A stretch of 64,000 bases of DNA from Rhizophagus irregularis (lineage: Eukaryota). Location: the NCBI RefSeq assembly GCF_026210795.1, contig NC_089431.1, positions 5,208,001 to 5,272,000 of the forward strand. Reading direction: 5' to 3'. A model generated the notes under the pieces. The model ran no database searches. It saw nothing but the letters and a program-made list of their open reading frames with translations, and was not told the DNA's origin. This document shows positions 1-11,937 of this stretch, piece after piece. Position 1 is the stretch's first letter. Each line of letters opens with the position of its first letter. Both the position numbers and the translations under genes were made by a program.

Positions 1-301
1 AAAAAAAAAAGGAAAAACAATAGCGATAAAAGTATAAAAGTAAACCCGGCCAGTGCTATTCAAGAATTTGAGTGTGACATTAATAGAGTGACAAATAGGA
101 TTTGTCTCTCAGATAAATAAACATGGTGGTAGTGAAGCATGTGGTAAATAAAAAAATAGATCACATGATCGAAGAAATATTGTGGCTACGTTAATTTGTG
201 TCCAAATGATTTTCATGTACCTATTAAATAAAGTTTAAAACTAGTATATTTTAGATTTTTTCTTTTTTTCTCATTTTCTCAATTTTTATTTAAAAATTGT
301 A

Positions 302-1797
302 ATGGTTGATAATAAACTTCTGCCAAAATTATCTCAAAATTTACTCGAAACTTTAGGCGATGAAGAATATTATGATATTACAATTGAAGTTGGAAAAGAC
401 CCTGACGTAAAAATATTTCGTGCTCATAGGGTTATTTTAAATTATCGTTCGTCATATTTACGAAGAGTCTTATCAACCAATAAAAAGAAAAATGACGGCA
501 TTTTGACACATATCAGTTTACCAAATATTTTACCAGAAATTTTTCAAATAATATTAAGGTAATAAAAATATTTATTCAAAACTTCAATGTGTTTTTAATA
601 AATAATACTTCGATGTGTTTTAATAAATAATTTCTAACATTATTTTTACTTACTAGATATATCTATGGGGGAATAATTCCATTGGAAGAATATGATATTT
701 TGAATATTGTTAAAATTTTGATTGCTGCTAATGAGCTTAGCCTTCAAGAATTAATACCTTATTTAGAAACCTTCTTGCTTGAAAATAAAGAAAATTGGGT
801 GGAACAAAATTTTGATTTAATATATCAAATAAGCTATGAAAATGATTCTTTCTTAGAACTTCGAAGATATTGTATTGATATAATTTCCAAAAAGCCAAAT
901 AAATTATTTAATTCGCCAAATTTTTCTTCAATTCAAGAAGAACTATTAATTGCGACCATTCAAAATAATAATCTTCAAATGAGCGAAATTCAAATTTGGG
1001 AACATATGATTAAATGGGGACTTGCTCAACATCCGGAACTTTCATCTGATCTTACAAGCTTTTCAAAAGATAATTTTGATATCCTAAAGAATACTTTACA
1101 ACAATGTATTCCTTATATCAAATTCCATAATTTAAGTTCAAAGGAATTTTTGCATAATATATTTCCCTATAGAGAAATTCTACCCAAGAAATTATTCATG
1201 GAACTATTAGAATTTTTTTTGAATAGTGATTACAGACCTTCTGAAAAATTTAGTTCAGAAAGCGTTGATTCAGTTTTTATTTCAAATCAACATGCCGAAA
1301 TAATCTCAAAATGGATTAATAAATTAGAAATTACAGACGAGTTACCAAGTTCGTGCGAATTCAAATTATTATATCGTGATTCTCGTGATAGGTCTAGTGA
1401 ATTGAATTGTAAATTTAACAAATTCCGAGAAATTTGTAAAAATCAATCTCACACCATAACAGTTATTAAAGCGAAGGATAGTAACAAAATTCTCGGAGGA
1501 TATAATCCGATTGAATGGAAGTTTGATGATCACTATGGAAATACTAAGGATAGTTTTATATTCTCCTTTAGTAATAATAGTATCGAGAACTACATTTTAA
1601 GTCATGTAAAGGATAAAGAGAAAGCTATATATAGTGGGACATACAGTGTTAGTATAGCATTTGATTTTGACTTACAATTATACAGTGATGCTTCTGACCA
1701 ATTAAGAGTTAGTTGTGAGAAAAGTTCTTATGAAAAACACATCGGAGAAATCAATGATTTATATATAGAAGAATTTGAAGTATTTCAAATTGTGTAA
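302..1797 (+). CDS. BTB/POZ-BACK-TLDc protein, copy 1 (exons 302-558, 657-1797)
   Basis: BTB motif (DITIEVG..KIFRAHRVIL..RS.Y), GT-AG intron 559-656 joining ILR|YIYGG, BACK-like EIQIWEHMIKWG, TLDc motifs FKLLYRDSRD, ILGGYNPIEW, DSFIFSF, EEFEVFQI. Confidence 0.92.
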
Positions 1798-3236
1798 GAT
1801 TTATATTAAATCCAAAAATTATATTATTTCATATTATTTGTAGCGATAATTTGCCTTTATATCATAATGGTTTATTTCATCCATATTTTATTTACTCTTT
1901 TCTGGATCTTTTATTTTCATAAAATATGTTAAACATTTCACTGATAGATGGCGTTTATATATTTAATATATTAAATTTATGTAATATTTTTGTAATATCA
2001 ATGGGCATATAGACGGAATAGCTTTATGATATTTCTAATATATTCCAAATTACCAACGATTTACGATTTAGCAAATATTTTTGTAATATAAATAACATAT
2101 TTTTGGAATATTTCTATTATATACTGAAATACTACTAATAAAATATATATATTATAGATATATGCAAAAAATATAGACTGTTACATTTGTATGTATTTCT
2201 TAATTTGTATATTTTGCAATGCTTAGTATTTGATGCAATTAAAGTTTGTTTTGAAACCTTTCGCTATTTATGTTAAATTAGTCATTACGTGCGATTAATA
2301 TTAAACTCTGCATTCAATAAAATTTTAAACTATCGTAATTTTTCCCCCTTTTGAAATTTAAACTTTATCGAAACATTTCCCCTTTTAGAATTTTAAACTT
2401 TTAATTATTCTTGGTATTGATGAATGAAAAGAAAGGACTTATAAAATGTTTTTCTTTGTGCGATTCGACGGGTGGTGAAACAAATTGGCAAAAAAGAAGA
2501 AAATTAAATTCGAAACTTAAAAAAAAAAAATATAAATTCAATTCTATGAAACTAATGACGTGAAAGGGATCATCAAACTTTTCCCCTTTCCTTCGTACTT
2601 TCTCCTTTTCCCTAGTCCTTATGCCCGTATATACAATTTCCTTTAACAGATAATTCCCTATCCATCGCTAATGAAAAAAAAATTTACCACTTCAAATTTT
2701 TTTTCACCCGCGATAATTTAATTTCTTTCATTATTCACGCTTTGGAGAAAGTTTGCATTATAAATCATTTTCATTAGAAATCAAAAATAACTTAACCATC
2801 ACAAATTTAACATCATACTTAAACACTATTATAAACCATTAAATTCATCGAATAAGTTATACGTGATTTATTTTTATTTAAAAAAAAAAGAAAAAGCAAT
2901 AGTGATAAAAGTATAAAGTAAACTCGACAAGTGCTATTCACTGGCACGTATTGAAGAATTTTGGTGATGACATTAATAGAGTATTTCACCTGCTCGAAAA
3001 AAAACCAAGTTTCTCAGATAAATAAACGTGGTGGTTGTGAAACGTGGTAAATAAAAAAAAAAAAGATCACATGACCGAAGAAATTTTCTGATTAGTATGA
3101 CAACGTTTTGTTACGTTAATTTGTGTCCAAATGATTTTCATGTGCTTATTAAATAAAGTTCAAAACTAGTATATTTTGGATTTTTTCTTTTTTTTGCCTT
3201 TTTTCTCATTTTCTCAATTTTTATTTAAAAATTGTG

Positions 3237-4723
3237 ATGGTTGATAATAAACTTCTGCCAAAATTATCTCAAAATTTACTCGAAACTTTAGGCGATGAAG
3301 AATATTATGATATTACAATTGAAGTTGGAAAAGACCCTGACGTAAAAATATTTCGTGCTCATAGGGTTATTTTAAATTATCGTTCACCATATTTGCGAAG
3401 AGTTCTATCAACTAACAAAAAGAAAAGTGATGGAACTTTGACGAATATTAAGTTACCAAATATTTTACCAGAAATTTTTCAAATAATATTAAGGTAATAA
3501 AAATATGTTAATTTAAAATTTTAAAAATTTATGTATTTTTAGTAAATAATTTCTAATATTAATTATCATTTTCAATTAGATATATTTATGGAGGAATAAT
3601 TCCATTGGAAGAATATAATATTTTTGATATTCTCAAAATTTTGGTTGCAGTTAATGAGCTTAGTCTTCAAGAATTAATACCTTTTTTGGAATCCTTTTTA
3701 CTTGAAAATAAAGAAAATTGGGTGGAACAACATTTTGATTTAATATATCAAATAAGCTATGAAAATGATTCTTTCTTAGAAATTCGGAAATGTTGTATTG
3801 ATTTAATTTCCAAAGAGCCAAATAAAATATTTAATTCGCCAAATTTCTCTTCGATTTCAGAAAAACTATTAATCGCGACTATTCAAAATAATAATCTTCG
3901 AATGAGCGAAATTCGAACTTGGGAACATGTGATAAAATGGGGACTTGCACAAAATCCAGAACTTCCTCCTGAATATACAAGCTTTTCGAAGGATGATATT
4001 AACACATTAAAAAATACTTTACAACAATGTATTCCTCATATTAGATTCCAAAATTTAACTTCAAAAGAATTTTTGCATAATATATTTCCTCATAGAGAAA
4101 TACTGCCCAAAGGATTATATATAGATTTATTGAAATTTTTTTTGAATAGTGATTATAGACCGTCTGATAAATCCAGTTCAAAAGGCGTTGATTCCGTGAT
4201 TATTTCAAATCAACATGTTGAATTGATATCAAAGTGGGTTAATAAATTAGAAATTACAGACGAGTTAACAACTTCAAATAAATTCAAATTATTATATCGC
4301 GAATCTCGTGATGGGTCTGGTAAACAAAATAATAGTTTTAATAAATTTCGAGAGATTTGCAAAAATCGATCTCACACTATAATAGTTATTAAAGTGAAAA
4401 ACAGTAATGGAATTCTTGGAGGGTATAATCCGATAGAATGGAAATTTGATGGTAATTATGGTATCACTAAAGATAGTTTTATATTCTTTTTTAAAAATAG
4501 TATTGAAAATTATGTTTTAAGTCGTGTAAAGAATGAAAAGAAAGCGATATATAATGGAACATATTATCATTTCGGTCCATCATTTGATGCTGACTTATAT
4601 GTATACAGAGATATTTTTGATGAATTAAGAATTGGTTGTGAAAAAAATTCCTATGAAGAAAATATTGAAAAAATCAATTATTCATATGTAGAAGAATTTG
4701 AAGTATTTCAGATTGATGTTTAA
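3237..4723 (+). CDS. BTB-BACK-TLDc protein, copy 2 (exons 3237-3493, 3580-4723)
   Basis: Same domain motifs and same intron position; upstream region 2880-3236 homologous to 1-301. Confidence 0.92.
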
Positions 4724-5164
4724 ATCCTAAAGATTTGTATGTTTTTCGTAATTTGTCTCTATAAAATAATGATTTTATTTACATTCATATCTTTTTTGTA
4801 TTAATTTCTATATATTAAATTAATAAATTCTTCATTAGAAATTACTCTCTTTAATTATTTTAATTAAATGAATTTAATAAAAAATAAATAATGGCAACTT
4901 TTTTTAGAGAGAGCTTTGAATATTAATAAAAATTTAAATCAATAACTTGCTATGAAAAGTGACAAAAAAAAAAACCTTTTGACGCAAAATCCTACCAGGA
5001 CATTTTCTTATTGTTACCATAACAAGGTATGTAATTGTATCTCATTTTCGCCAAGTTTACTGCCGTAAAAAAGCCTTACATTAATGACCAAAATATTAAT
5101 AAACTTTTTTTTTTTCCTTGCTTCCGAGATTTACGTGAAACCTAAAAAGATGGGTTCGCATACA

Positions 5165-5400
5165 TTCATTTCACCGACAATTATTTCACCGACGAATTCC
5201 ACCGACAGGGCCATTTCATGGTAAGGGCTTAACTGCTGTCATCTTTATTCACAGACAAATGTTTCGCCAACAATCATCTCACCGACTGGGAATTTATGAT
5301 TAGAGTTAGGGTTACTAGGATAAGGTTAGGATAAGTGGATTAGAATTTCAAAACTGTGAAATGACTATCGGTAAAACGATCTCAATGGATTTGATGGTAG
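5165..5400. repeat. Small degenerate interspersed repeat/MITE-like insertion
   Basis: Repeated TTTCACCGAC units, inverted GTGAAATGA / ATCGGTAAAA near the right end, telomere-like GTTAGG tract at ~5304-5333. Confidence 0.45.
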
Positions 5401-5416
5401 TTTTGAATTACTAAAC

Positions 5417-5640
5417 TAGTTTTATGTTCCTTTTTAGTAATAATATTGAAAATTACATCTTAAGTCGTGTAATCTTTATTAGTGGAACATCATGAGGTAT
5501 CGGCCCATCTTTTAATGTTGACCTAAATTTATACGTTAGCGGTTTCGGAGAATTAGTAATTGAATGTAAAAACAAAAAATATTCTTTGAGAAACATATCA
5601 GAGAAATCAATGATTTTTTGAAGTATTTCAAGTTGTATAA
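5417..5640 (+). pseudogene. Remnant of TLDc C-terminus of a deleted BTB-BACK-TLDc gene
   Basis: Translates in pieces as SFMFLFSNNIENYILSRV..IGPSFNVDLNLY..EKHIREIND..FEVFQVV* with a stop and frameshifts. Confidence 0.85.
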
Positions 5641-6144
5641 TGTATTTATATTAATTCAAAATAACATTTGTATCGCCTAATGTAAAAAATAAAATAAAGA
5701 TAAAATAAAAATAAACAAATAATTGAATGAGTTTTGATCTGCGATAGAAACTATAATTAAATCCTTTAATACAATAAAAAAAACTATTATTTAAATATTA
5801 CAAAAAAAGTTAATTTTTTTAAAAAATTCGCGTAATTTATTTTTATTAATCAAAATTCATTCAAATAACCCTATTTAAAGCCGATTGAAGTTAAGGAAAT
5901 TAGAAAATTAGACGTTATTTTTTTTTTTGAGAAATATAATAATTAATAGAAATTTTAAAATTTAAGTCACGAACTTGCATTATTATTTCTATTTTACTAT
6001 GAAAAGTGACGAAAATAATCAAACCGGTTAACGTAAAATTTTACCAAACCATTTTCATTGTTTATTTCCATTGGTTTTTTTTCTCTTACCAAATTCACGT
6101 GAAATCCGAAAGATGATCATTTCCTTTTGTGAAACTTGATTGAG

Positions 6145-6182
6145 CATACATGAAATCACGTGTATGTTACACCTCTATAAAA
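6145..6182 (+). promoter_or_regulatory. Conserved E-box (TCACGTG) + TATA promoter module
   Basis: CATGAAATCACGTG followed by TATAAAA upstream of ATG 6248; same module at 8199-8238 and 11811-11850. Confidence 0.55.
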
Positions 6183-6247
6183 TAAGGTTTAAAACTAAGA
6201 TTTTTTTGGATTCATTCTCATAACTCTCTTCTCATTTAAAAATTATA

Positions 6248-7740
6248 ATGATCGGTGATAAACTTTTGCCAAAATTATCACAAAATTTACTTGAAATTTT
6301 AAACGATGAAGAATATTATGATATTACTATTGAAGTTGGTAATGACCCTTACGTGAAAGTATTTCGTGCTCATGTAATTATTTTAATTCATCGTTCCCCA
6401 TATTTGAGAAGAATTTTGTCAACTAATAAAAAGAAATCCGATGAAATGTTGATAAATATTAAATTACCAAATATTTCACCTGAAATTTTTCAAATAATAT
6501 TATGGTATAAAAGAATAAAATATATTATTCGTATTTTGATTTTAACAAATAATTTTTTTAACTTATTTTTTGTTTAAATAGGTATATCTATGGAGGAAAA
6601 ATTTCTTTGGAAGAGTATGATATTTTGGATATCGTTAAAATCATGGTCGCTGCTAATGAACTAAATCTTCAAGAGTTAATCCCCTATTTGGAATCGTTTT
6701 TGATTGAAAATAAAGCAAATTGGATGGACCAAAATTTTAATTTGATATATCATATAAGTTTTGAAAATGATTCTTTCCCAAAACTTCAGAAGCACTGTAA
6801 AGATTTAATTTCTAAAGAACCAAATAAGATATTCAATTTGCCAAATTTCTCTACAATTCCAGAAAAACTTTTAATCACGCTTATTCAAAATGATAATCTT
6901 CGAATGGGTGAAATTCAAATTTGGGAATATGTAATTAAATGGGGACTCGCTCAAAACCCGGAACTTCCTTCTGACCTTACAAGCTTTTCAAAAGATGATT
7001 TCAATACTTTAAAGAATACATTACAGCAATGTATTCCATTTATTAGATTTCATAATTTAGCTTCAAAAGAGTTTTTAAAGAAAGTATTACCTTACAAGAA
7101 AATATTACCAAAAGAGTTATATAAAGGTTTACTAGAATATTTCTTGGATAATGATAGTAAAAAAGCAGTACTTCGCATATCTAAAGAATATAAAGAGATT
7201 CATATTGATTCTAAAATAATTACATTTCAACATGTTGAATTAATCTCAAAATGGATTGATAGATTAGAAATTGCAGACAGGTTACAAAATTCATACGAAT
7301 TCAAATTATTATATCGCGATTCTCGTGATGGGTCTAGTGAATTGATTAGTAGATTTGACAAACTTCGAATGATTTGTAAAAATCAATCTCGCACAGTTAT
7401 AGTTAGTAAAGTGAAAGGCAACAACGAAATTCTTGGAGGATATAATCCTATTGAATGGAAGTTCGACAATAGCTATGGAATTACTAAAGATAGTTTTATA
7501 TTTTCTTTTAGTAATGATAGTATCGAAAATTACACTTTAAGTCGTGTAAAGAATGAAGAGAAAGCTATATATAATGGAACATGCAGTACTGGCCTAGCAT
7601 TTGATGTTGACTTGGAATTATATAGAGATTTAATTAATGAATTAAGAATTGGGTGTAATAAGAGTTCTTATAAAAAGAAGATCGGAGAAATCAACCATTC
7701 ATATATAGAAGAATTTGAAGTATTTCAAATTAACGTTTAA
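6248..7740 (+). CDS. BTB-BACK-TLDc protein, copy 3 (exons 6248-6504, 6582-7740)
   Basis: Domain motifs; intron 6505-6581 joining ILW|YIYGG. Confidence 0.92.
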
Positions 7741-8198
7741 ATCTTAAGGAACCGTAATATTTTTAATACTATTCGTAATTTGTCTCTATAAAATAGTGAT
7801 TTGTTTTTATTCATATTTTATTTGTATTGTTGTTAAAATCTGGGTCGTTAAACAGTTCCCTCCCTCAAAAAAAAAAAGAAAAATAACAAATGATTTATGA
7901 TGAAAATATAATTAAAAAAAAATAATACAAATTTTTTAATTAGTTTAACTGATCCAATTGAATGAATTTTGAATAAATTGATAAAAAATAAATAACGTCT
8001 CGTTTTTATTTTATGATATTATGCACTGTAAAAGACAAACTCATTTAACGCAAAATTTTACCGTATCTCATTTCCGCCACGTTTACTGATATATAGAGAT
8101 TTACATTAATGAACATAATATTAATAAAACTTTTTTTTTTTTTTTTGGAGAGATTTACGTGAAACCTAAAAGATGATCATTTCTTTTGACAAAATGCA

Positions 8199-8238
8199 GT
8201 GACACATGAAATCACGTGTAAGTTACGCCTCTATAAAA
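8199..8238 (+). promoter_or_regulatory. E-box pair (CACATG, TCACGTG) + TATA promoter module
   Basis: GTGACACATGAAATCACGTG..TATAAAA upstream of ATG 8294. Confidence 0.55.
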
Positions 8239-8293
8239 TAATGTTCAAACCGACTTTTCCCATCATTCATTTCTTTTTTATTTGAAAATCAAT

Positions 8294-9768
8294 ATGATTG
8301 GTGATAAACTCTTGCCAAAATTATCACAAAATTTACTTGAAATTTTAAACGATGAAGAATATTATGATATTACAATTGAAGTTGGTAATGACCCCTATAT
8401 AAAAGTATTCCGTGCTCACATGGTTATTTTAAACTATCGCTCTCCATATTTACGAAGAATGTTATCAACTAATAAAAAGAAAAATGACGGAACTTTAACG
8501 AATATTAAATTAACAAATATTTTTCCAGAAATTTTTGGAATTATCTTAAGGTATATAAATAAATATAAATAAAAAAGAATTAATTATAATATTCATATTT
8601 TTATCTTATTTTAACTTAATTATCATTTATTAGGTATATTTATGGAGGAAAAATTTCTTTGGAAGAATATAATATTTCAGATATTGTTAAAATTATGATC
8701 GCTGCCAAAGAACTGAGTCTTAAAGAATTAATATCCTATTTAGAATCTTTTTTAATTGAATATAAAGCAAATTGGTTGGAACAAAATTTTGATTTGATAT
8801 ACCAAATAAGTTTTGAAGATAATACTTTCTTAGAACTTCAAAAATATTGTGAAGTTTTAATTTCTAAAGAACCAAACAAGATATTTAATTCACCAAATTT
8901 CCCTTCAATTTCAGAAAAACTTTTAATTACGCTTATTCAAAATGATAATTTTCAAATGAACGAAATTCAAGTTTGGGAGCATGTGATTAAATGGGGACTC
9001 GCTCAAAATCCGGAACTTTCTTCTGACCTTATAAGCCTTTCAAAAGATAATTTTGATACCCTAAGGAATACCTTACAACAATGTATTCCTTATATCAGAT
9101 TCCGTAATTTGACTTCAAAGGAATTTTTGCATAATATATTTCCTTTTAGAGAAATTCTACCCAAGAAATTATACGTGGAATTATTAAAATTTTTTTTGAA
9201 TAGTAATTATAGGCCGTCTGAAAAATTTAGTTCAGAAAGCGTTGATTCAGTGATTATTTCAAATCAACATGTTGAACTAATTTCAAAATGGATTAATAAA
9301 ACAGGCGAGTTATCAAGTTCGTGCAAATTCAAATTATTATATCGTGATTCTCGTGATAGGCCTAGTGAATTGAATAGTAATTTTAACAAATTCCGAGAAA
9401 TTTGTAAAAATAAATCTCGCACGGTAGTGGTTAGTAAAGTGAGAGACAGCAACAAAATTCTCGGAGGATATAATCCGATAGTATGGAAATTTATCTATGG
9501 TACCTATGGAAGTACTAAAGACAGTTTTATATTCTCTTTTGATAATAATAATATTGGAAATTATATTTTAAGTCGTGTAAAGGAGGAAAAGAAAGCTATA
9601 TATAATGGATCATGTAGTATCGGTCCATCATTTAATAATGACTTGTATTTATATAAAGATATTTTTAATCAATTAAGAATTTGCTGTAAACAATGTTCTT
9701 ATGAAAAACATATCGGAGAAATCAATCATCTATATATAGAAGAATTTGAAGTATTTCAAATTGTGTAA
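8294..9768 (+). CDS. BTB-BACK-TLDc protein, copy 4 (exons 8294-8550, 8634-9768)
   Basis: Domain motifs; intron 8551-8633. Confidence 0.92.
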
Positions 9769-10362
9769 AATTGATGTTTAACCTAAAGATTTATATTATT
9801 TTTAAACTATTCGTATAATAGTGGTTTTATTTTCATTTTCATATTTTATTTTATTTGTATTGATTCCCATAGATTATTAAATAAAAAATCTTGGTTGCCA
9901 AACAGTTTTTAATAAACAAATAAATAATCGTTTCAAGTATGAATTATTTTAAATATCATAAAAGTTAGCTTAATTTCTTTAATTTGTTTAAATTGAATAA
10001 ACTTTAAATAAATTAATAAAATAAACTAATATGAAATTTTTTAATAATTAAAAGAATTAAGAGAATTAATATTATAGACGTTATTTATTAAAATATTAAT
10101 TAGTAGGAAAACGGTAACTGTTAAAGTCCTTCGCGTTTATTTTACTTAGGATCTTTTTTAATTACAACAAACAAAAAAAATTGATTACGGAAAACAACAA
10201 ATTATCAGTGCTATAAAAGAAAGGAATATTATTGAAGATTCTTTAAAACATATAGAAAATCATTGTTTAAAATTGAGTGTTAAAATTTCTCTAACGTGCT
10301 AGTCCTAAGAATGTTATTACGGAAAAACTTTGCACAATAATTCAAAACATGTAATTATTATT

Positions 10363-10439
10363 TGTTGCTGACTTAGCCAAGACTTTAAAAATTTGTTGTC
10401 ACCTGATCACCACGTTGAGGTGCAACAACATTGATCAGG
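10363..10439 (-). ncRNA. HDV-like ribozyme candidate, copy A
   Basis: Reverse strand reads CCUGAUC AA UGUUGUUGC ACC UCAACGU GGU GAUCAGG UG ACAA CAA..UUG GCUAA GUCAGCAACA; P1, P1.1, P2, P3, P4 and J4/2 C can all be assigned. Confidence 0.6.
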
Positions 10440-10860
10440 GGGAAAGTGAAAGGGAAAGGGGAAGACGAAAGGGAAAGGAAGACGAAAAGGAAAGGGAAGA
10501 CGAAAGGAAAGTGGAAACGAAAGGGAAAGGGAAACGAAGGGAAAGTGGAAAATGGAAATGGAAGAGAAAGGGAACAAAACTGAAAGGGAAAGGGTAAACG
10601 AAAGGGAAAGGGAAAACGAAAGGGAAAGAGCAAGAAAATACACAAACATACATACAAGAGCAAGGAAATACACGAACACACACCGCCCACACACAATCCC
10701 ACACATAAACCTACACACAACAACTCACATACCTAAAAGGAGACATAAAGAAAAGGACCTAAGAATAAAGAGAAGACCTAGACAGAGAAAAAACAGACCA
10801 AAAAAAAGAAGATAAAGACTTAAAAAAAAGAAGACAAAGAAAAAAAAAGATAAAGAAAAC
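10440..10860. repeat. Simple-repeat tract: (GGGAAA/CGAAA)n, then CA-rich, then A/G-rich
   Basis: Directly visible low-complexity sequence; explains the spurious overlapping ORFs. Confidence 0.9.
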
Positions 10861-11182
10861 TGACATATTTATATTATTTAAATAATATACTTATGATGAG
10901 TAATTTTTTTCGCATAACCGGACAAACGGTCATTTTAGGATAGAAATTATATACTGTAGTCCTTCGTTTCGGACAAATAGTAAATTATCAGTGATAAAAA
11001 AAAGGAAGTATATAATCAAAAAAGGAAAGGAATATTACGTTGATTAACTATCAAATCGTTTAGTGCATAACAAAGAATGTCCTTCGTTACGCTCCGGATA
11101 ATAAGTAAAATACGTTCTAGAAAGACTTTCCCAGGCAAAATTGATAACGGGACTGCAAAATTGAGTTATTTGCAATAAAACT

Positions 11183-11335
11183 TTAAAATTGCTGTTATTA
11201 ATTTCAGTGATTTTCCAGTTCGATTGATCATCGCATGAGCACTTTCAACATTAATATCAAATGGTGTTGTTTGCCAGGCTTCATATGACATAAAGGAGTG
11301 TTAATGAACCAAGAATCCATGGTATTTGATGATAC
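11183..11335 (-). pseudogene. Transposase-like (possibly Mutator/MULE) coding remnant
   Basis: Reverse translation YHQIPWILGSL / MSYEAWQTTPFDINVESAHAMINRTGKSLKLITAILK with a frameshift; resembles the TN..ES.H catalytic-Glu region of MULE-like transposases. Confidence 0.4.
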
Positions 11336-11810
11336 TAAAGTAAATAAAAAGATATATAAATATTATTTCTAATTTAATTTAAAATTTATTGTATAGGTCT
11401 TTCGGTATGCTTCTTTTGGTGTTATAATGAACTTTAAAAATAATAAATTTTTGGTGTGTGATAATTTGTAGTCGTAACCAAAGAAAAAAAAATACAAAAA
11501 AAAAATCATACTCTTATTGTCTTTTCTAAACAAGAAAGACATTATACGGTATTTCTCATTGTTATTTTATTGTGAATAGTTGATATCATGCACTACAAAA
11601 AATAAAACCAATTAACGCTAACGCAAAATTTTACCAGGATATTCTGTTATTATCATAACAAGATATATAATGAATTTCTAAGTTTCACAAATTTTACCAA
11701 AGCATTAATAAAACTCGAGTATAAACTTTATAGATTCACGAGAGTAAAGTTGAAACATAATTATTTCTTTATGAAACTCTGAAGTTGATGGCGTAGCAGA
11801 TGAAAAAAAT

Positions 11811-11850
11811 GTGACACATGAAGTCACGTGAAATGATACTCGCATTTAAA
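11811..11850 (+). promoter_or_regulatory. E-box pair promoter module
   Basis: GTGACACATGAAGTCACGTGA upstream of ATG 11938. Confidence 0.5.
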
Positions 11851-11937
11851 TAAGGTTTTAAAACTAAGACTTTTTTGGACTTTTTTTCTCATTTCCTTGA
11901 AATTTTTTTTTCTTTTTTTTTTATCTACAGAATTATA

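Larger units (their letters stand above)
10103..11101 (-). mobile_element. Composite non-autonomous Helitron2/Helentron-like element carrying HDV-like motif and simple repeats
   Basis: Left end GTAGGAAAACGGTAACTGTT and right end TGTCCTTCGTTACGCTCCGGATAA match the termini of the 21761-21915 element; 10103-10440 is homologous to 52361-52710. Confidence 0.55.

Noticed and set aside
5304..5335. TTAGGG-like tract as a telomere
   Set aside because: Short, degenerate and internal to a dispersed repeat
10385..10815. Five overlapping ORFs (FPFPF / RERER peptides)
   Set aside because: Artefacts of simple-repeat DNA lacking stop codons
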